DNA from: Desulfatiglandales bacterium
GTDB taxonomy: Bacteria; Desulfobacterota; DSM-4660; Desulfatiglandales; Desulfatiglandaceae
Assembly: GCA_963662465.1 (NCBI GenBank)
Contig: OY759599.1
Span: 7,552,001 to 7,616,000 of the forward strand
DNA length: 64,000 bases
Reading direction: 5' to 3'
Shown here piece by piece: positions 58,952 to 64,000 of this stretch. The notes beneath the pieces are model-generated. The model was not told the DNA's origin and ran no database searches. It was given only the letters and a program-made list of their open reading frames with translations. Each line of letters opens with the position of its first letter. Positions within the stretch are counted from its first letter, which is position 1. Both the position numbers and the translations under genes were made by a program.

Positions 58952-58964
58952 ACCGTAAATGATT

Positions 58965-59004
58965 AAAAAAAGGGATTCTCTTAAAGATAGGGAATCCCTT
59001 TTTT
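58965..59004. terminator. Bidirectional intrinsic terminator
   Basis: aaaaaaagggattc...gaatccctttttt. Confidence 0.8.
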
Positions 59005-59017
59005 CGCTTGCCACTCT

Positions 59018-59042
59018 CGTTCCCATGTTCTGTGTGGGAACG
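59018..59042. repeat. REP-like palindrome (degenerate second copy ~54298-54323)
   Basis: cgttcccatgttctgtgtgggaacg. Confidence 0.55.
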
Positions 59043-59053
59043 TGTGAAGATTC

Positions 59054-59632
59054 TTATACCATCCCCTTAAATGCAAAAAAGGCAAGGGAAAGCATCCCCG
59101 CCGTCACCAGGCCGATGGAGGTGTCTTGAAGCGGTTTGGGAACTCGTGCCAGAACGATGCGCTCCCGAAGACCCGCGAAAAGGACCAGGGCCAGGCCAAA
59201 GCCAATGGCGTAGGCGAAAGACGCGACCAAGGCTTGCATGAAGTTGTATTCCTCCATGATGTTGATGAGGCATACGCCCATGACGGCACAGTTGGTGGTG
59301 ATGAGGGGCAGAAATATGCCCAGGCCCGCATAGAGGGTAGGAATGGATTTTCGTAGAAACATTTCCACGAACTGTACCAGACATGCAATCACCAGGATAA
59401 AGGTGAGAGTTCGCAGGTATTCCAAATCAAAGGGCTTTAGCAGAAAGTTGTTTACCATCCAGGTGATGGACCCCGCCATGACCAGTACAAAAACAACGGC
59501 CATGGCCATGCCCGTGGCCGTTTCCATCCTTTTGGATACGCCTAAAAACGGGCAGTTCCCGAGGTATTGCATCAAAAGGATATTGTTGACGAAAATACAA
59601 CTGACAATCAGAATCAGGTAGTCGGCCATCAT
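59054..59632 (-). CDS. rnfA: Rnf complex subunit A
   Basis: LGNCPFLGVS, LGIFLPLITTNCAV. Confidence 0.95.
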   Translation of the reverse strand: MMADYLILIVSCIFVNNILLMQYLGNCPFLGVSKRMETATGMAMAVVFVLVMAGSITWMVNNFLLKPFDLEYLRTLTFILVIACLVQFVEMFLRKSIPTLYAGLGIFLPLITTNCAVMGVCLINIMEEYNFMQALVASFAYAIGFGLALVLFAGLRERIVLARVPKPLQDTSIGLVTAGMLSLAFFAFKGMV

Positions 59633-59642
59633 TTACTCCTTT

Positions 59643-60236
59643 TTATTTTTTACCCATCATATTCATGATGCACAACATGAGCCCCAGGCATACAAATGCG
59701 CCCGGCGCCTGGACCATAAAGCCAAAGGGTTGAAATGACGGTCCAAAAACCGGAATGTTATAAAATGTGCCATTCCCGAGTATTTCTCGAATGCTGCCCA
59801 ACGCAGCCAGGGACAGGGTGAACCCAAGACCGATGCCGAGTCCGTCGGCAAAGGCGGGGATGACTTTGTTTTTGGCGGCAAAGGCTTCCGCGCGCCCCAG
59901 CACGATACAGTTCACCACGATCAGGGGGATGAATATCCCCAGACTGAGGAACAATGGGTACGCATAGGCCTGCATCAACAATTCCACAACCGTCACGAAC
60001 GTTGCGATGACCGCGATGAAGCATGCGATTCTTACCTTTTTAGGGATGACGTTTCTGAGCATTGAAATGAGGACATTGGAACAGATGAGGACAAATGTGG
60101 TGGCCACTCCCATGCCAATCCCGTTTTCCACGCCCTTGGTCACGGCCAGTGTGGGACAGAGACCTAAGACCAGTCGAAAGGGTGGGATTTCAGCCCAGAG
60201 TCCTTTCGTGAATTCCTGAACAGCCGTTTTTGCCAT
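59643..60236 (-). CDS. rnfE: Rnf complex subunit E
   Basis: LGLCPTLAVT, IPLIVVNCIVLGRAEAFA. Confidence 0.95.
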   Translation of the reverse strand: MAKTAVQEFTKGLWAEIPPFRLVLGLCPTLAVTKGVENGIGMGVATTFVLICSNVLISMLRNVIPKKVRIACFIAVIATFVTVVELLMQAYAYPLFLSLGIFIPLIVVNCIVLGRAEAFAAKNKVIPAFADGLGIGLGFTLSLAALGSIREILGNGTFYNIPVFGPSFQPFGFMVQAPGAFVCLGLMLCIMNMMGKK

Positions 60237-60250
60237 AACCAATGATCCCC

Positions 60251-60844
60251 CTATCCTTGAGACGCTTTCATTTTGTTTTTGAGATCGCTCTTCAATCGTT
60301 TGTAAATTTCTCCCGACTGGACAACAGCGGCGGAGACTCCACGCGATGAAATGGTAGCGCCGCTGACGGCGTCGATCTGGCCACCGTCCGCTTTGACTTT
60401 GAAGATGTCTGTCACAATTTTATCTTTGAACTGGTTGCCGAAGTCAGGGTCACTCTTTGTTTTTGACCCTACGCCGGGTGTCTCGCTGTGAGTGGTTACC
60501 GCAACTCCGACGATTTTGTCCGTGTCCACATTGACCGCTGTAATGACGCCGATATCGCCCCCGAAGCCTTTGCCGTAAGTTTCAAAGGCCACCACATTTT
60601 TCTTGCCGTCAAATTCACCCACAAAGAAATCTCTTTCTTTGTCTTGATCGCTCATCTTGAATCGATCCTGCAGCGGGTCGTTGGTGCAGCCTTCCATGAT
60701 AAGATTAATGGCGGGGCCTTTGACAAAGACGAGTTGCTGATATTCGATGCGATCCTGGGTGGCATTTCGAACAGAGGCTAAAACCCCCCCGGAGACGGCG
60801 CTGAAGATCACGATGGCAATGAACAGTTTAAACATATCACGCAT
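60251..60844 (-). CDS. rnfG: Rnf complex subunit G
   Basis: GFGGDI, ETPGVG, DAVSGATISS (FMN site). Confidence 0.93.
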   Translation of the reverse strand: MRDMFKLFIAIVIFSAVSGGVLASVRNATQDRIEYQQLVFVKGPAINLIMEGCTNDPLQDRFKMSDQDKERDFFVGEFDGKKNVVAFETYGKGFGGDIGVITAVNVDTDKIVGVAVTTHSETPGVGSKTKSDPDFGNQFKDKIVTDIFKVKADGGQIDAVSGATISSRGVSAAVVQSGEIYKRLKSDLKNKMKASQG

Positions 60845-61805
60845 TTTCCATCTCCTTTCCAATGGCGCTGGGCCTGATTTTGTCCAGCAATGGGTTTGCG
60901 AGATTCAGCATTAGAATGGCGAAGACAACGCCATCCACCATGGCCCCGATGTTGCGAATGAGTACGGTGAGAAGACCGGCCAAGGCGCCATAAAGCAACA
61001 TGGGGATAACATTAACCGGGGAGGAAGAGTCTTCCGTGGCCAGGAAAAATGCGCCGATTAGCGTGTAACCGGTCAGAAGATGAAAAACCGGCCCGGCATA
61101 GGCGGTGGGGTTTGCCAGATTAAATAGAAGGGCCGTGATGAATACGCCCACCAGAAAGGAAATAGCAATTTCCCAGCGAATGAGGCCCCGAAGGATCAAA
61201 TAAACACCGCCAAGGATCAGGCCTAGGCCGAAAGTGGCGCCGATGCCGCCCGTTTGACATCCCATGAGCAGCGCCCCCGCGGTATAATCCGAAACCGCTT
61301 CCACACCGAAGTGTTTCAGGGTGGCCAGGGGATACATCATGGGAAACCCCAATTCGTAATCAAGCAGGGCCTCGTTAAAATCCATGATGCCTTTCCAGGA
61401 CAGAAAGACCATGGCAATGGCCACCAGCGCTGGATTGAGTGGGTTGCAGCCGATGCCGCCAAAGACCTGTTTCCCGATCACAATGGCCAGGAAGGTACCG
61501 ATAAGGACCACCCACCAGGGGGTGGCCGCAGGCAGGAGCATGGCGAACAAAAGCCCGATGACGGCGGCATTGCCGTCGCCGATGCTGACGGGCCGTTTCA
61601 TGACAAAATTCATGATGAGTTCCCAGATCATGGCGCAGCCCATGGAAAAGGTTATCACGCCAAGGGCCGGGGCGCCGTATTGATAGATGCCCAGAGCCAC
61701 GGCGGGAAGGGCTGCCAGCATGATATTATAGCTTTTTACCGCAATGCCGCTCCCATTGTGCCGGAAAGGGGCATGTGAGCTGACAAACAGCTTTTGGTTA
61801 TCCAT
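60837..61805 (-). CDS. rnfD: Rnf complex subunit D
   Basis: KQVFGGIG.N..NPA, GAFFLAT, GVVFAIL. Confidence 0.92.
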   Translation of the reverse strand: MDNQKLFVSSHAPFRHNGSGIAVKSYNIMLAALPAVALGIYQYGAPALGVITFSMGCAMIWELIMNFVMKRPVSIGDGNAAVIGLLFAMLLPAATPWWVVLIGTFLAIVIGKQVFGGIGCNPLNPALVAIAMVFLSWKGIMDFNEALLDYELGFPMMYPLATLKHFGVEAVSDYTAGALLMGCQTGGIGATFGLGLILGGVYLILRGLIRWEIAISFLVGVFITALLFNLANPTAYAGPVFHLLTGYTLIGAFFLATEDSSSPVNVIPMLLYGALAGLLTVLIRNIGAMVDGVVFAILMLNLANPLLDKIRPSAIGKEMENA

Positions 61806-63084
61806 TTAATGCCTCCGCTTTTTCCATCAGGGAAAGTTCATACTTCCCCAGCATGATATAGTGAAATACGGGGATTCGCGCCTCGCATACGTAACTGCAA
61901 AGCCCGCATTCAATGCAGGAAAGGAGGTCGTACTCTCTGGCGGCCTCTTCATACTGAGCGTTTTCAAGGAGGCGCACCAGCATATTGACGGGAATGCGGA
62001 CGGGGCACGCCCTGATGCATTCGCCGCAGTTTACGCACGGGTCATTTCCGTTGAGGGTCAGGTCGTCTTTGTCCTGTACCATGATGGCATCCGTATCCTG
62101 CATGACGGGCATGTCTTCCGTATAAATGCTTCTTCCGGTCATGGGGCCGCCGACCACCAACCTGTCGCCCCGATCCATCTGAATGCTGAGAGCGCTGAGA
62201 ACCGCTTTGATGGGGGTCCCCATGTGTACCCTGATCATTTGGGCGTCCTCATTTTTTCCGATAACCGTGACCATTTTGGCGACAGGGGGTTTTCCGGTCG
62301 CAAATGCGGATTTTAGGGCCAGGACCCCTTCAGCGTCAATGAAGGCGACCCCCAGGGATGAACAGTTCATGCCGGCGGGAACCACCTGATGCAGCACATC
62401 TTTCATGATCATTTTGGGCAAACTGTTGGGGTAAGTTGGGGAGACCGTTTGCACTTCGGCTCCTGATTTGGCAGCCTCGACACTGAGGCCGGGGGGGACA
62501 ACCAGGATAACCTTTGGATTCCCGGTGATTTTTTTCAGGTAGTCTATGCCCTCTTTGAGATCGTCCGCGTGCATTTTAATGACCATTTGCTGGGTCGTTA
62601 CCAGAAGGTCTTTGTCCATACCGTTAACCACAAGGGTTTTTAACGGTGTTTCGGGGTGAATCAGCGCGTCAATATCGGAGATTCCCGGCAATCCATTGAG
62701 GCGCTTTCCCGTTTCTTCAAGGTCAGTCGTTTTGATGGCCGCATGAAAGGCATCGTCCCACTGGTCCGTTTTGGAGACATCAATGCCCACTGAAACAAAA
62801 GTCCGTCCCAGATAGCCTGTTTTTCTTGAAATGTCCGTAATGGTTCCCGTTACGGATGAAGTGAAGGTTGTTTTCGAGAATGGCGAAAGTTGCAGATTCT
62901 GCCCGGTTTTGATTTCATCGCCCACCTGGAACATCAGATCGCTTGCAGCGGGATCAGGCGCTTTGACAAATAGGACGGCCCGTTCTGAAAGAGGGATATC
63001 TTTTATCTCTTTCCGTTGAAGCCCTTCAATGCCGGCATAATCCAGTTTGGGTTTTCCAAAACCGAAAAACGGTTTTTTGATCAT
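61798..63084 (-). CDS. rnfC: Rnf complex subunit C
   Basis: SSVTGTI, GGPMTG, CVNCGECIRACP, CIECGLCSYVC. Confidence 0.9.
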   Translation of the reverse strand: MIKKPFFGFGKPKLDYAGIEGLQRKEIKDIPLSERAVLFVKAPDPAASDLMFQVGDEIKTGQNLQLSPFSKTTFTSSVTGTITDISRKTGYLGRTFVSVGIDVSKTDQWDDAFHAAIKTTDLEETGKRLNGLPGISDIDALIHPETPLKTLVVNGMDKDLLVTTQQMVIKMHADDLKEGIDYLKKITGNPKVILVVPPGLSVEAAKSGAEVQTVSPTYPNSLPKMIMKDVLHQVVPAGMNCSSLGVAFIDAEGVLALKSAFATGKPPVAKMVTVIGKNEDAQMIRVHMGTPIKAVLSALSIQMDRGDRLVVGGPMTGRSIYTEDMPVMQDTDAIMVQDKDDLTLNGNDPCVNCGECIRACPVRIPVNMLVRLLENAQYEEAAREYDLLSCIECGLCSYVCEARIPVFHYIMLGKYELSLMEKAEALNG

Positions 63085-63158
63085 ATTTTCCTCCCACCCA
63101 TGAGAAAAAAACACCCTATCTGTCCATGGGTAACAGATGCTTTATTATATGGAGAAGG

Positions 63159-63533
63159 TTACATCACATGGCACTCGGAACAATTTACCGGACCACTGCC
63201 ACCTTCATCATGGCAGCCCTTGCATTGAGAGTGCATTACTTCCATTCGTTTCGGCGCATCCTCGCCTTTCGCGTCATGACATTCACCGCAGGCGGCGGGG
63301 GTGTCTCCTTCATTCTCAATATCATGGTGGCAATCACCGCAGGTGATGCCGTAGCCATTTTCGGAAAAATGTCCTTTATGATCAAAGAGTACATTGCCGC
63401 CTGTATTTTTTAACATGATTCGGATGGGATTTTCCGGGGCTTTTTTTGCGAATGCCGCGTAACAAACCACGCCGATAAGCAGAAAAGCCGCCGCCAGACA
63501 GTAGGCGATAGTTTGAAGATACTTGTTTTTCAT
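63159..63533 (-). CDS. Tetraheme cytochrome c3 family protein
   Basis: Four CxxCH motifs (CGDCH, CGECH, CKGCH, CSECH), V.FDH..H, N-terminal TM. Confidence 0.9.
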   Translation of the reverse strand: MKNKYLQTIAYCLAAAFLLIGVVCYAAFAKKAPENPIRIMLKNTGGNVLFDHKGHFSENGYGITCGDCHHDIENEGDTPAACGECHDAKGEDAPKRMEVMHSQCKGCHDEGGSGPVNCSECHVM

Positions 63534-63842
63534 GATGATTTTCCTTAAGTTCCCAACATCGGTGTAAGGTTTATGACGACCATGGGGGCGCTGATGAAAC
63601 ACCGCCCATGAAATTAGGACTCTTTTACTGAAAAGGGATTCCTTTTGTCAAGGGAGTTTTGTGGCATATTCCGGGAAAAGCGTTGTGAGATGCGAGCGGT
63701 TGGTGGTTGGTCGATGATTCACAGGCAATGGTTGACGGCTTGACAGTATCGGCGAGGTTTGTTAGAAGCAATTAAAGCCGGTGAGATGTGCCGACTTTAA
63801 AAAAGAGATCCTTTTCCCGTAAACGCTATCGATCCGGTTTTT

Positions 63843-64000
63843 ATGCATTATGAAGGTCCCATTTACCGTCCCCCCAGTGAAGCTGACAGCCTCCTTGTGC
63901 AGGCCACCGTCGGTTGTCCTCACAACAAATGCACCTTTTGCATGGTTTATAAGAAGGGACCCCGTTTTCGGGTGCGGTCCGTTGAAGATATTGAAACGGA
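63843..64000 (+). CDS. Radical SAM protein, 5' part (runs off window)
   Basis: MHYEGPIYRPPSEA.S..QATVGCPHNKCTFC (CxxxCxxC). Confidence 0.85.
   Translation, partial: MHYEGPIYRPPSEADSLLVQATVGCPHNKCTFCMVYKKGPRFRVRSVEDIET

Overview
This 64 kb window looks like chromosome of an anaerobic, probably sulfate-reducing Desulfobacterota bacterium (inferred from Rnf with cytochrome c3, hyp genes, a WtpABC tungstate transporter and a HesB-like selenoprotein). 1-18.8 kb is accessory. It holds a decayed type IC restriction-modification/defence island (hsdM frameshifted, hsdR missing ~2 kb, plus KilA-N, Fic, four-helix-bundle and RhuM genes) between two diverged direct copies of an SDR-MATE segment. Next is a glycosylation cluster (YdcF, 2 acyltransferases, 3 paralogous GT2, MATE, SDR); its first acyltransferase is split by a 1.9 kb insertion element with no terminal inverted repeats that encodes a 538-aa protein without an evident DDE motif. 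A vapBC pair closes the region. 19-30 kb has wtpABC and an HTH-PBP regulator, divergent from an unusual operon: CcsA-like, ResB-like, TonB receptor, and an exported protein fusing two molybdopterin-oxidoreductase-like domains, a CxxCH motif and a tetrapyrrole-methylase domain. 30-64 kb is mostly housekeeping: rdgB, a UGA-containing HesB-like gene, yggS, yihY, an HD-GYP regulator, hypA/B/F/D with Uma2 and hicBA cassettes inserted between duplicated hyp fragments, proC, an acyl-CoA synthetase, a DAK2-DegV fusion, an ABC exporter, a kinase, an M24 peptidase, rseC, and rnfCDGEA without rnfB. No rRNA, tRNA or CRISPR array was seen. All family assignments come from motif recognition; no database searches were run.
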